The notes: generated by a model not told the origin, from the sequence alone. DNA of 63,116 nucleotides, filler included, from Thraustochytrium aureum (GCA_012862495.1; 5 parts of 4 records of this genome joined end to end with filler, not necessarily neighbours in it); one strand, 5' to 3'. Positions 22,901 to 34,579 are shown, counted from the first letter of the whole stretch. Numbers and translations: made by a program.

Positions 22901-25900
22901 GGGCGGCCCGAAAATGCCAAACCCAAAAGGTGCCAGCACTGCTCAAAGTTAGGGGCCGCGGCTGCCTGAGCCATCCCGGTAATCACCGCGAGAGCTGCTG
23001 CCACCACGCCAAGCAGTAGATTTCCAGCTCGAACGTCGTTGCTGCGCGGCGCGTGCGGCGTGCCATAAGCGGGCTGAAGGACGATGTGCAGGCTGAGCAC
23101 GATGCAAACCAGTGCCGCGTTGAAGACAGCGCTCAAGAAGGGAAGATCTGAAACCGCTGCGAGCGCGCGCAGAACCGTCATCCAAGTCTTTGCGACGAGG
23201 AAAAGGTAGTCGGCAGTAGGCGTGGTCGGCAGCGCGGCCCTCTGCAGAAGGGGTTTCGCATGGGCGACGTACATTTCGGCCCCGCGGTAAAAGATAGGGA
23301 CGAGGGGAAGAGCCAACGCGGCGGAGACGTAGTGAGCCGGGTCGCGCCAGCACACGACGGGCTCATTTCTCTCCCAAATGACCTGGTCCGCGAATTCAAC
23401 CGCTTGCCTGGTCGTGCGGTCCGAGTATGCGCAGCCAGACAGGGGGAACANNNNNNNNNNNNNNNNNNNNNNNNNNNNNNNNNNNNNNNNNNNNNNNNNN
23501 NNNNNNNNNNNNNNNNNNNNNNNNNNNNNNNNNNNNNNNNNNNNNNNNNNNNNNNNNNNNNNNNNNNNNNNNNNNNNNGACGAAAACCAGCCCTGCAGCA
23601 AGCTTCACGGCGACGTGGCTGGTCCCGAGCTCAAGCGCGGAGAGCGACCACGCCCAGCAGCTCGGCGGGGAAGCAAGGTTGAACGAGAGTGCGACAAGCA
23701 CGAAGGCTTCGACTGCGAGCGCAGCTGGGCGTATTGCACGTTGCACGAGGAATAAGAGTCGGCCTTGCGTGCGGAGCAAACCGAACTTGTCGTGGTGGCG
23801 GCAGAACCGCTCAAATGCTCTGTCTTGCGTCGCTTTGGGCCGCAGTCGGGGCCACCATATGCGACGAGTACCCGCCAAAACTGCCCACGGGGCGAGGACA
23901 GACCACGCGATACGGCGGACCACGGCGCGCTCAAAGTCGGCCTCTGTAGACCGGCTGACTGAGAAGCGTTGCGAGGACGATACGCGGCTCTGCTGGCCAG
24001 ACTGGTACATCATGCAGAAGGCGTACTTGTCGTGCAGCTCAATGTCGCTTGGCGGGACGAAGACGGTGTCATTCACGTGCACTTCCGGGTTGTCCAGTAG
24101 CCCAACTGCGGAAAGCTCGCGCAGCAGGATGTGCGGCTCGAAGTTGCCGTGGTCGTCGAACTTGCACACCCAGAGCGACCGCGAAAGCGCCGTTGAGGTG
24201 GAGTTTACGGTGGCGCCGCGAGACAGAATGTCGAGGTGCAGAGCTGTGCGGCCGCGCTTCAGGTCGAAAATTGGCAAGCCGTTTGCGACCAGGTAGTTTT
24301 TGGCGAGTTCAACCGACCCATTGTAGTCAGCGGCGCGAGGCCCGTCGAGCTCCGCTTCTGCAAGGCTGACGAGCTTGTTGTATGCCGAGGTATCTTGCAG
24401 GGTCTGCACCGAGCTCGTCAGCGGAAAGAGGGACATCTCCACGCGCGCGGTCCTGTGCTTGCTGCTTGCGCTGAACCGCGGGCAGTAGTAGCCTGCCTCT
24501 TCGCACAGGCTGGGTTGCGGCGCGGCTTCCTCGCAGTAGTAGTTGAAAGGGCAGGTTTCGGCGCTGTCGAACGTTGCCCCTGCCGGGCAATAGTAGCCGG
24601 CTAGGGCGTGGTGGCGCTCGGCGCTTGTCAGCTCGGCCTGCTGCATTGCCGCGTTGAGCCTCGCCGCGCTGGCCGGACTTACCTGGGCAGCGGCAGTCTT
24701 GCTCGGCGAGCTCCACACCGGTATAGTTGCAGAAGCAACCCTCCTTTGACGGAACGTGTGTGCGGCGGTTTCGAAACCCTGCGGGGCACCTGAAGTCATC
24801 CGCAGGTGCCGCTGATGCTGCCGTCACTTGGCCAGTAATATTGTCAACCCTATAGTCGACGGTTCCCGGGGTCCCGCTAGGGCAAAAGAAACCCGGGGGG
24901 CATGGGAACGCGTCGATCCACTCCTCGCCCGTGCCTGGCGGGCAAAAGTGTTTTTCTGGGCTGTGTGGCACGGCGAGCGACAGGGCAGGCGAGACGGCCC
25001 GACACGGCTTGTCAGCGCATTGCACGGCCAGCAAGCGCTCAAGGATGCATGCGAAGGGACTCACCAAAGAAACTTGCAGGCTGATATGTCGATCGCCGCC
25101 GTTTCATTTGCGAAGAAGCCAGGTGGACAAGGGATTGGGATCGGTCCAGTTCCGGCCGGACAATAGCCGCCTGCGACGCACAAGACCATCTCTGGATGGA
25201 ATGAGCCGTACGGGCAATAGTATCCCTCAGAGCAGGGGTGGTCGAACGGATTCGAAGTGGCTTGCTCGCACCAGTAGCCAGCAGGGCACTCGGTGTCGGG
25301 GTTCGTCGAGCCTTCGGCGCACCACTTGCCCTTGGGGCAAGGCAGACAGGCTGTCCAGTTGCTGGCCCCAACGCTGGGATTGAACGTGCCACTAGGGCAG
25401 AGGTTGGGCGAGGCGCTGCCTTGGGGGCAAACTGCGCCGGCTGGGCAGGGGTGGGCCTCGGGGTCTGCCGTTCCGACGGGGCAAAACCTGCCAGCTGGAC
25501 ACGGCCCTGTGCAAGCTGCGTTGCGGAGGCCCTCACTCTCGCCATACACGCCAGCGGGGCACAATGTCGCGACGGCGAAAACGCCGTCGCAATAGCTCCC
25601 GGGAGGGCAGGTTGCCTGTGTGCTCGCGTCGCCAGACGTGCTGGCCTTGCTACAATAGAGGCCGGGGACCGGGTCGCACTGTCCAGAGCACGTCGCATTT
25701 ACGAGGCCTGGTTTTGCACCAAAGGTGCCATCAGGGCAGGGAAACTGGTCGGCGGATTCTGTTCCTGCGGGACAATAGTGCCCAGTTGGGCAGCTGTTTT
25801 GGTTTGGCAATGAGGAGCCGGCCCCGCACCAGCTCCCTGGCTCGCAGAGTCCCTCGCAGGTGGGGCTAATAGACGTGCCTGCGGTCTCAAAAGTGCCCGC

Positions 25901-26398
25901 AGGGCAGTTGAGGCAAAAGCCTGCTTCCGTCAAGTACTGTCCTGGTTCGCAGCCCTTGTGGCTACGATAAACCGCAAGCCCAAGGAGGCCCGCGAGTCCC
26001 GCGCCGACCAGCGCCACAAAGCTCACCAGAATACAGAACGCGCGCGCTCCAAAGGCCTCGACGACTGCGCCGGCCACTGCCGCGCCGCGCCCCCCCCCGC
26101 CGTCGCCTCGCACGCGTTGGTTCTGCGACGCGGCCACGCCTCCTTGTCTCGCCCACATCGACCTGCACTTGGTGAGTCTCGCGCAGGCTCGCCGCGTTTT
26201 CGCGCGGCGAGTCGTTACAGGGAGGGCGGGCGCGGCCGTCTTCGCGCGCTGCCAATGCCATCGGTGCGCAGCCAGCCGCGCGGCGAGCGCGGTCTGCTGC
26301 TCCTCACTGGGGTTTCCTGACCGTAACGCCTCCAACGGAACCTGCGGAACGCATCGCACAAGAGGGAATCGCAGCAGCTCGGCTGGGCTCGATGCCAT
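19952..26398 (-). CDS. Receptor-like protein: N-terminal TM, GCC2/GCC3 (ephrin-receptor-like) Cys-rich repeats, multi-pass TM region, cytoplasmic RI-like LRRs
   Basis: Five ORFs join through two GT-AG introns (24961-25064, 24601-24682), an N gap (23451-23578) and one homopolymer frameshift (~22912). CPAGxYCP repeats; hydrophobic helices ~22900-23930 including CWRDPAH; LRRs such as LVELALQGNSIGDAGAAALGRAL and LQELFLDWNELADEGALAL. Start uncertain (26398 or ~26261). Confidence 0.75.
24601..24682 (-). other. Spliceosomal intron (82 nt)
   Basis: Donor GTAAGT, branch GCTGAC, acceptor CCCTAG. Splicing restores ..CRCP-A-GYYCPAG. Confidence 0.9.
24961..25064 (-). other. Spliceosomal intron (104 nt)
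   Basis: Donor GTGAGT, branch GCTGAC, acceptor CACACAG. Splicing restores ..CKFL-C-PEKHFCP, in register with the Cys repeat. Confidence 0.9.
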
Positions 26399-26585
26399 GC
26401 TGCGCGAGTGGAATGGCTGATCGCGACGGCCGAGCGGCTGGTCGACAACGGCTTCGAGTAAGAAGGGATTGTCGAGGTGCCTTGAGGAGAATCAATCCCA
26501 ACGTAGGCCTACCTGCGCGGCGAAATCGACCAAGTCGAGCAGGTCGAGCAGGCCTCATTCTGTGTGGCGGAGCAGCGGCGAGGCG

Positions 26586-27092
26586 ATGGGGCTCCTCAAG
26601 GAAGGCGCGGGCAGCGTGCGCAGGGACAAGGGCAAGCTCGACGAGGCGCTGTTCAAAATGGTACGAAGAGGCGATTGCCTGAAGAGAAAGCAGAACAGGT
26701 GCTTTGGCAACATCTGCCTTGTGTAGCTTGCGCAAGGCAAATAAGTCAAGGCGCAAGAGCAGCTGGAGTACGCGCTGGAGAGGGCGGAGCAGGCCGTCGG
26801 CGAAAACCAGGCCAACTATGCTCGCTCTACCGGGCGCAGCGAAAGTACGTCGAGGCGTTGCGGCACCACACGCATGCGTTGGCGATCCTTTTCAATCAAT
26901 CAAGAACGATTTTCGCTCGGGCAGGCACCCTTTACAAATCGGCATGCATTGCAGCAGCAAGGGCATGGAGGAGGAGTCGCACGACGCGCTGCCCCAGGCG
27001 CAAGCAATCCAAATGAGCGCACTTTGCCGGACAGTTCGGAACCCAAGGCCCGGCGCTGCCGCCTCCAAGGTACTCACCTAACAGGATTCTGA
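26586..27092 (+). pseudogene. Decayed kinesin-light-chain-type TPR repeat gene fragment
   Basis: RDKGKLDEAL, GNICLV*LAQGK*VKAQEQLEYALERAEQAVGEN, LCSLYRAQRKYVEALRHHTHALAI. In-frame stops at 26724 and 26742 plus frameshifts. Confidence 0.65.
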
Positions 27093-28272
27093 CCACCTGA
27101 TCATCTGAAAAGGCGGAGCGCACGTTCACTAGCCTTAAAAGTAACAACCCTCCAAGGTTGGAGTTGCTCATTTGTGTGCTGCCCGCGAGAACCATTCCCG
27201 TTCGTCGTCACTCTGGAGTTGTCACCCACCGCTCCATCATGGTCAGGGTCGCGGTCGCCAAAAGCCCCACGCCGGGAGCATGTCCAACGCCAAGTCGAAA
27301 CATCCATGCCAGTCCGTGTCGTCGACGACGGTCCGCCTCGCGACCACGCTCAGCACGAAAGCAACGTTCCTCGAGCTCGTGAAGCTCGCTGGCTCNNNNN
27401 NNNNNNNNNNNNNNNNNNNNNNNNNNNNNNNNNNNNNNNNNNNNNNNNNNNNNNNNNNNNNNNNNNNNNNNNNNNNNNNNNNNNNNNNNNNNNNNNNNNN
27501 NNNNNNNNNNNNNNNNNNNNNNNNNNNNNNNNNNNNNNNNNNNNNNNNNNNNNNNNNNNNNNNNNNNNNNNNNNNNNNNNNNNNNNNNNNNNNNNNNNNN
27601 NNNNNNNNNNNNNNNNNNNNNNNNNNNNNNNNNNNNNNNNNNNNNNNNNNNNNNNNNNNNNNNNNNNNNNNNNNNNNNNNNNNNNNNNNNNNNNNNNNNN
27701 NNNNNNNNNNNNNNNNNNNNNNNNNNNNNNNNNNNNNNNNNNNNNNNNNNNNNNNNNNNNNNNNNNNNNNNNNNNNNNNNNNNNNNNNNNNNNNNNNNNN
27801 NNNNNNNNNNNNNNNNNNNNNNNNNNNNNNNNNNNNNNNNNNNNNNNNNNNNNNNNNNNNNNNNNNNNNNNNNNNNNNNNNNNNNNNNNNNNNNNNNNNN
27901 NNNNNNNNNNNNNNNNNNNNNNNNNNNNNNNNNNNNNNNNNNNNNNNNNNNNNNNNNNNNNNNNNNNNNNNNNNNNNNNNNNNNNNNNNNNNNNNNNNNN
28001 NNNNNNNNNNNNNNNNNNNNNNNNNNNNNNNNNNNNNNNNNNNNNNNNNNNNNNNNNNNNNNNNNNNNNNNNNNNNNNNNNNNNNNNNNNNNNNNNNNNN
28101 NNNNNNNNNNNNNNNNNNNNNNNNNNNNNNNNCGAGCGAGCGTTGTGAGCGGGTTGTGTGTTGCCGTCGAGCTGCGCGGAGCCTGACGCTGGCAGAAAGG
28201 CTTGGCTTTGGAGCTTGAGGGGCCGCTGCTTGGGACGCACGCGGGCTGCAGCGGAGCGAGAGGAAGAAGGAG

Positions 28273-28617
28273 ATGAGGGCGATGCTGCGCGCAAAGAGGC
28301 TCACGACGGTGATCTCGAGGTCGCTGAGCTCGACGCGCATCGAGGGCGCCAGCCGCGGCGCACAGGTTTTGCAAAAGGCGGCGCAGGCCGCGCAGGGGGA
28401 AGGCCGCCGGCACGCCTTCAAGTGGACTGTTGCCGAGCTGGCGACGCCGGCGAACAAGAGCCTGATGCGGGACTATTCGCGCTTCGCGGCCATCGGGCTC
28501 GCCATGGGATACGCAACGGGCGTGGAGCCACTGGTCGTCCCGCCGTCGTTTCGCGTCCCGGCCGAGGAGCGGCAAGCATTCATCGAGCGGCTTGAGATGC
28601 GCGCAAGGGGTGCATGA
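28273..28617 (+). CDS. Hypothetical protein, probable C-terminal part of a gene broken by the gap
   Basis: GC3-rich, protein-like ORF (FKWTVAELATPANKSLMRDYSRF..) just after the N gap; no recognisable motif. Confidence 0.35.
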   Translation: MRAMLRAKRLTTVISRSLSSTRIEGASRGAQVLQKAAQAAQGEGRRHAFKWTVAELATPANKSLMRDYSRFAAIGLAMGYATGVEPLVVPPSFRVPAEERQAFIERLEMRARGA

Positions 28618-28866
28618 GGGCGCCAGCGATGCAGTCGCTGTGCGACTCGAGTGTAGCATATCTTGGCCCGACGAGGGGTTCGAGCGAGCGAGGAGCCGAG
28701 CCCCGAGTATTGTATTTCTAGTTGTCGTCGCGCCTCGTCGCGAACGTGGCAAGTCCTCGCTTGGCGATTGTGTAAAGTCAAGTCCATTTTCCATTCATTC
28801 GATGCGCTCCGTTCTTACTCTCCCTTGGAAAGAAATGCCGCGTCCCGCTTTGGTCCCGCGACATCT

Positions 28867-30718
28867 TCACTCCGCATCTGGGTTGACGAGCTTGAGCGTT
28901 GTGATGGCCACGCCCATCACGCCAGACACGACAGCCCAGACGAAGAAAGTAAAGGCCGCAGGGCGCCACCGATTCGCTAGGCTGCTCACCTTGTCCTCCT
29001 CGGCACGGTCAAGGAGCGAGGCATGGAGGTCTGCCAACTCGTCCGCGTTGCGGTGGCGCGCATCCCTGTCGCCTGTCGCCGCCGCCGCCGCCGCCGGAGG
29101 GCGCCGCGGACCCGCGAGCGGCTTGACGCAGCACCAGGCGACCGAGCTCGGGTCGGCGCGCGCGAGGAAGATCCAGGCCGGGAAGGCAAAGCCGATGCAC
29201 CCGCCAAGGATGGCTCCTTTGTAGTCCAGGACCACGGTGATGCTCGACACGGTGGCGCCTAGCGTCAACGTGAGCGCCACGAGGGCGTAGGTGAGCCCCA
29301 GAAAGCGCGCGCGCGACTCGGCCACGCGAAGACCCGGTCGCACGCGGTCCAACAGCGCCAGGGCTGAGGCCCGCAGCGAGTTGAAGGCAAGCGGGTAGGT
29401 GAACAGAACGACACAGGCCATCGCGACGCGGCCGAACACGGCGGCGCGGTCCTCGCCCGGCCCAAAGTTGTTGCTGAGGATGTCGCCCTTGACCTTGTTC
29501 CCAAACCGGAGGTAGCCCAGAACGCCGACGGCGATGTAAACGGTTCCGCACACGCCGACGGCGATCGCCACCGCAGTTGAAAACTTTGCGATTGAGCGGT
29601 CTNNNNNNNNNNNNNNNNNNNNNNNNNNNNNNNNNNNNNNNNNNNNNNNNNNNNNNNNNNNNNNNNNNNNNNNNNNNNNNNNNNNNNNNNNNNNNNNNNN
29701 NNNNNNNNNNNNNNNNNNNNNNNNNNNNNNNNNNNNNNNNNNNNNNNNNNNNNNNNNNNNNNNNNNNNNNNNNNNNNNNNNNNNNNNNNNNNNNNNNNNN
29801 NNNNNNNNNNNNNNNNNNNNNNNNNNNNNNNNNNNNNNNNNNNNNNNNNNNNNNNNNNNNNNNNNNNNNNNNNNNNNNNNNNNNNNNNNNNNNNNNNNNN
29901 NNNNNNNNNNNNNNNNNNNNNNNNNNNNNNNNNNNNNNNNNNNNNNNNNNNNNNNNNNNNNNNNNNNNNNNNNNNNNNNNNNNNNNNNNNNNNNNNNNNN
30001 NNNNNNNNNNNNNNNNNNATTGGGGCGGCCTTGAAGATGCCAACGCGGGGCTCTGCAATGTAGAGGGACGACGCCGCGGGGAGGTCGCCCTTCTCCGCCG
30101 TCGCATATGCATGGATAAGCAGGCCAAGGAGGTAAAACATGCCCACTATCGACAGCAAGCTCGTGTAGCGCAACGCGTTGAGGTCGCGCAGACTGCACAG
30201 CGGGCACAGCACCACAATCGTTAGGACAAACACTGCACGCATTCGCGTGTCGAGCAGCGCGACGACCCAGTTGTCGTCGCACGGGTCGGCGCAAAGCCCG
30301 CGCGGAATGCCCTCGTCGCCGCTCATAAAGTCGCCGGAGAGGATCATAAAGCTCACGCAGCTGAAAAACGTGTACACGAACATAACACTCTGCAGGATGA
30401 TGCCAAACGTGGGCCCCAGGGTGCGCTCCCCCATTCCGCGGAAGGAAAAGCACCTTGTCAAGTCGCAGCAGACCGCGATGAGGATCAGCGAGAGCCCGCT
30501 CAAGCAGCCGACCCAGACCATCAGCAGGACGCCCTCGACGATACTCGACTCCTTGAAGCACGACGGTAGTGAGAGAATCCCGGCTCCGACGATGTTATTA
30601 CTGAGTCCGAACACGGTCGACATCACCGTCGCGCTTCCTTCCTCCCCGCTGGCTCTTCGCTCCCTTCTTGTTGCTCTCCGGCGCGCCGCCCGTCGTTGCT
30701 TGCCATCGCGGCCAGCAT
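28867..30718 (-). CDS. Amino acid transporter, AAAP/SLC38 (Aa_trans) family
   Basis: STVFGLSNNIVGAGILSLP, PLCSLRDLNALRYTSLLS, GVLGYLRFG..GDILSN, FTYPL, GAILGGCIGFAFPAWIF. Interrupted by an N gap; probable frameshift near 30645; start approximate. Confidence 0.9.
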
Positions 30719-31095
30719 CGACGTGTCCGCGCCGTGACCTGTCGTACCAGTTCCCTCTCCGTTCATTTCCGTTCAACTAGGCGTCCGCAGCTGCAGCGGT
30801 ACGCGACGCAGGCCCTGCGGTTCTCTCCAGCCCCTGCGTTTTCGCTAGCGCTCCTCCGCGGCCCGCACTGACCCCGCCCTGCCGATCTGCTCTGCCGTTA
30901 CGCAAGCACAAAACTCTCGCCAATCCAATGTCCAATGTGGCGGAGCTCACGGAGGCCCAAAAACAACAACCCACCAGCAAAACGAACAAAAGATCATCGT
31001 CTCAGCCGCTGCGTCGGAGCCGCAGCGAGCGCAGCGCCGGCAGGAGCAACGGGCAGCAGCAGCGGGCAGCAGCAGCAGCAGCAGCAGCAGCAGGC

Positions 31096-31195
31096 NNNNN
31101 NNNNNNNNNNNNNNNNNNNNNNNNNNNNNNNNNNNNNNNTTAATTAATTAANNNNNNNNNNNNNNNNNNNNNNNNNNNNNNNNNNNNNNNNNNNN
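31096..31195. other. Artificial scaffold-joining spacer
   Basis: TTAATTAATTAA at 31140-31151 between N runs; preceded by (CAG)n. Confidence 0.95.
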
Positions 31196-31507
31196 CAACG
31201 CCGCCTGCTGAAGAAACCACAACCAAAAGTCTGTTCTGGAGTTGGCACGAAGAAGAGCCTTCCCAAGTTCGCAAGACATGTCCGTTGACGACCACCCGCA
31301 GTTTGCCGCTCCGCTATTGGTTTTGTAACTTTTGTTCCTTGGCTGCTGGGGGAAAAAAATCTGAAGTGCGCCAGCCGCAGGCTCAGCAGAGCTGCGAGTC
31401 GGACACGTTGCGACGACGCGGCTTGTTTCAGGAGCGTGCTGACAGAGCCCATTACTCCGTTGGTGTCGAGAGCCCGACGCGTCGAGTCTCGTGAGCTTGG
31501 GTCTGAA

Positions 31508-33112
31508 ATGGCAGAGGCTGTCGCGGGCGTGGCGGCGGTCGAGCGCCGAAGGGCCGACGGCGAGCTCGCAGCCGAGGTTGAGCTAACGGCGGACAAGCAA
31601 GGCCGCGCCATCTTGAGGACCCACGGATGTTGCGGTGAGCTAGAGCTGGCGCCGGGGGTGAAGCTGGCGAGGCGAGAAACTTCCCTGCGGGCGTCCACGC
31701 CGACGTCAGAGTCCACCTCGCTAGGAACACCGCCGCCAAGACAACACAAGCGGAGCGCGGACAGCGGTTTGCGCCCTATCCCCCGATGGGGCGCAACGCT
31801 GACCAAGATTTCGAGCTCGAAGGCGATGCTCTATGGCGGCGAGGCAAGTGAAGATATTGGTTTGCTCGGGGCCGTCAATATGCTCGACCTCAGAAATAGG
31901 GCCTGGTCGGCTCCCACTGGCTGCAACGGAACGCCGCTGGCCTGGCACACGGCAACCTATTTGCCAGAGACAGGGCACGTACTTGTCCTTGGCGGTCTTG
32001 CCGAGGAGGGCGAAACGAGCGAGGCGAACGTGTTTGACTGCGACATCAACCTCTGGTACCCGCTGACCACCAATGGCGCAGGGCCCACGCCGCGCATGGG
32101 CCACTCGGCGAGCCTTCTGGGCAACCGCCTGTTCGTTTTCGGCGGCAAGCACGGACGGCGGTACCTGAGCGATGCCTTTGCGCTCGACACCAGGACCTGG
32201 CGATGGGTGAGGCCATCCTTCAAAGGGAAGATCCCTCGCGCCCGCGCCTTTCACCAAGCCGTTGCGGTTGACGGTTGCCGGGTTGTTGTCATTGGCGGAC
32301 GCGCGGGCGACCGGGCGTTGAATGACGTCCATGTTGCGCTCGCGATCGACGATAACACGTTCGAGTGGTCTTCGCCGCTTCTAACCGGCGCGCCTTTCTC
32401 GGCACGGTGCGGACACCTTGCAATGCAGGTACAATTCGAGGCGCGGCAGTCGCAGCGAATTCTCGTGTTTGGCGGTTGGGACCCTAGCAACGAGGTCGGC
32501 TCCCAGGCGCTCTCGACCGCGCTTGTGCTCGACCTTGAGTGCCACCACTGGTTTCCAGCCACGGAGGTCGACCCGGCATTGAACGGCTTTGGATCTATAA
32601 GCGGCCACGGGGCTGTCGCCCTGGAGGAGGGCGAACACGTCTCGCTCCTGGTCTTTGGCGGCCAAACGCACGTCGACGCGAGCATGGCCTCGCAGGGAAC
32701 CACTCTGACCAACGAGTTGCGTGCTGTCCAGCTTGGATCTGCCCGCGGCACGGGCGAGACGAGCGCTGTAGTGTCCATTCCTGCTTCTGAAGGGGACGAC
32801 GACGTCCACAGCGACTTTTTCTCGCCAACGGCACTTCGAAACGGCGGGTCTGTCGCCTCTGCTGGCACACCAGAGCCGCGGGCCAAGCGGCGTGCTACTC
32901 GGCGGCTGGCCGGCTGCGCTGGCAAGAAGAATCGGCGCAGAAGCGCACGCCGCGTACCACTGTTCTTGACTAACAACGGTAAAACCCTACCAGTCGCCTT
33001 TTGCAACCAGACCACCTTCCTAGAGACGTCGGTCGAGGCTGGTGTGCCATCCGAAGCCGCCGCCGCCGCCGCCGCCGCTGCCATCCATCAGAGCGAGCTG
33101 CCTGTCGCGTGA
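31508..33112 (+). CDS. Kelch-repeat beta-propeller protein
   Basis: Repeated PRxGH/WH..hhhhGG..W units: PRWGATL..LYGG, LAWHTA..VLGG, PRMGHSA..VFGG, RARAFHQA..VIGG, ARCGHL..VFGG, ISGHGA..VFGG. Confidence 0.88.
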   Translation: MAEAVAGVAAVERRRADGELAAEVELTADKQGRAILRTHGCCGELELAPGVKLARRETSLRASTPTSESTSLGTPPPRQHKRSADSGLRPIPRWGATLTKISSSKAMLYGGEASEDIGLLGAVNMLDLRNRAWSAPTGCNGTPLAWHTATYLPETGHVLVLGGLAEEGETSEANVFDCDINLWYPLTTNGAGPTPRMGHSASLLGNRLFVFGGKHGRRYLSDAFALDTRTWRWVRPSFKGKIPRARAFHQAVAVDGCRVVVIGGRAGDRALNDVHVALAIDDNTFEWSSPLLTGAPFSARCGHLAMQVQFEARQSQRILVFGGWDPSNEVGSQALSTALVLDLECHHWFPATEVDPALNGFGSISGHGAVALEEGEHVSLLVFGGQTHVDASMASQGTTLTNELRAVQLGSARGTGETSAVVSIPASEGDDDVHSDFFSPTALRNGGSVASAGTPEPRAKRRATRRLAGCAGKKNRRRSARRVPLFLTNNGKTLPVAFCNQTTFLETSVEAGVPSEAAAAAAAAAIHQSELPVA

Positions 33113-33139
33113 GGAGCCGCAAGGCCTGCCGTTCCAGAA

Positions 33140-34579
33140 ATGTCGGTCACAGCAAACAGCGACACCCAACGGATGTGGCCGCCACCCCCTCCGCCCCCGC
33201 CGCCGCTGCCGCCGGAGCCACCTGAGCCGCGAGGAGCCGCCGGCAAGGACTGCGGCTGCACAAGGCGCCAGCCAGCAGCTGAGGAAGGTCCGCTGAGTGC
33301 CCGCGAGCTCGACTCGTTCGTGGAGCAAGGTTTCGTCTTCTTGCGAGAGGNNNNNNNNNNNNNNNNNNNNNNNNNNNNNNNNNNNNNNNNNNNNNNNNNN
33401 NNNNNNNNNNNNNNNNNNNNNNNNNNNNNNNNNNNNNNNNNNNNNNNNNNNNNNNNNNNNNNNNNNNNNNNNNNNNNNNNNNNNNNNNNNNNNNNNNNNN
33501 NNNNNNNNNNNNNNNNNNNNNNNNNNNNNNNNNNNNNNNNNNNNNNNNNNNNNNNNGAGGCCTTCGATCCTGCTTGCCGGCGCAAGCGGTGCCGCGAGCA
33601 CGTGCTGTGGCCGTTGCTAGAACGTAGGGAAAGGCTCAGCAAGGCCCACTCGGCAAGCTGGCCAACGCATGTCGGCCTTCAAGACGTCTTTTTCCCCAGC
33701 GACGCCACTCGAGCGGCCTTCGCCTCAGGTGCGCGGGGCAAGGCGAGCCCTCTTGAAGGTCGCTCGTCGATGATAGGCTGCGACTGCCCGTCCAGATCTT
33801 CGCGGTACCGAGTCGAGAACCCTTGGGACGCAGTGGTGACTCGGCGGCTGCAGCTCGCAATTGATCAGGTGCTTGGAGGCCGCGACAAGTGGAACGCAAG
33901 CGAGTTCGGGCTCGGCTGGTGGGCTGTCACATTTCCTCCACCAGAAGGCCCAGACGAAAACGCAGAGTGGGAGATCACTGGAGCCTGGCATGTCGACGGG
34001 ACGCACTTTTTACACAAAGCCCACAGCCGCGAGCAAGGCCTGCTTGTGCTCATGTTGTTCTCTGACGTTGAACCCGGCCAAGGTGGCACCGCACTCGCCG
34101 TCGGGTCGCACCGCGCGGTCGCCCAAGTGCTCCTGCGAGAGGCGAGCCAGCTTGGCTTCGAGACCGGTCCACTGGCTGGCCGAGCGCGTCGCGAACCAGG
34201 CGCGATGGACACGGTGGAGGAGTTTTCTGGACGTGCTGGGGACGTCGCGATTCTCCATCCATTTCTACTGCACGCAAGGAGCAAAAATCTCGGGCGGCGG
34301 GGAGCCGACTCGGTTCGCTTCCTCTGCAACCCAAACGTGGCGCTCGTTCAAGACATGGACCTGTCCATCTCGCGGCTGGAAGACGGGACGGCGAGCCCTG
34401 TGGAACGCCCGATCATCGAGTCCAAGTTGCGCTTGATGATGCCTGCGGGGTTTGGGAAGGGAAAGGTGGCTCCAGCGGCCAAGCGCCAGCGGCTTGACAA
34501 CGTGGGCGGCGGCCGCGGGGGTCCCGACGAGGCGCTGCTGCAGAATGAAGAGCCACTTGAAGAACGCAACCTACAATGA
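33140..34579 (+). CDS. Phytanoyl-CoA dioxygenase (PhyH)-like Fe(II)/2OG oxygenase
   Basis: LSARELDSFVEQGFVFLREAF, WHVDG (HxD), LFSDVEPGQGGT..GSH, GRAGDVAILHPFLLHARSKN (distal His). Confidence 0.85.
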   Translation: MSVTANSDTQRMWPPPPPPPPPLPPEPPEPRGAAGKDCGCTRRQPAAEEGPLSARELDSFVEQGFVFLREXXXXXXXXXXXXXXXXXXXXXXXXXXXXXXXXXXXXXXXXXXXXXXXXXXXXXXXXXXXXXXXXXXXXXEAFDPACRRKRCREHVLWPLLERRERLSKAHSASWPTHVGLQDVFFPSDATRAAFASGARGKASPLEGRSSMIGCDCPSRSSRYRVENPWDAVVTRRLQLAIDQVLGGRDKWNASEFGLGWWAVTFPPPEGPDENAEWEITGAWHVDGTHFLHKAHSREQGLLVLMLFSDVEPGQGGTALAVGSHRAVAQVLLREASQLGFETGPLAGRARREPGAMDTVEEFSGRAGDVAILHPFLLHARSKNLGRRGADSVRFLCNPNVALVQDMDLSISRLEDGTASPVERPIIESKLRLMMPAGFGKGKVAPAAKRQRLDNVGGGRGGPDEALLQNEEPLEERNLQ

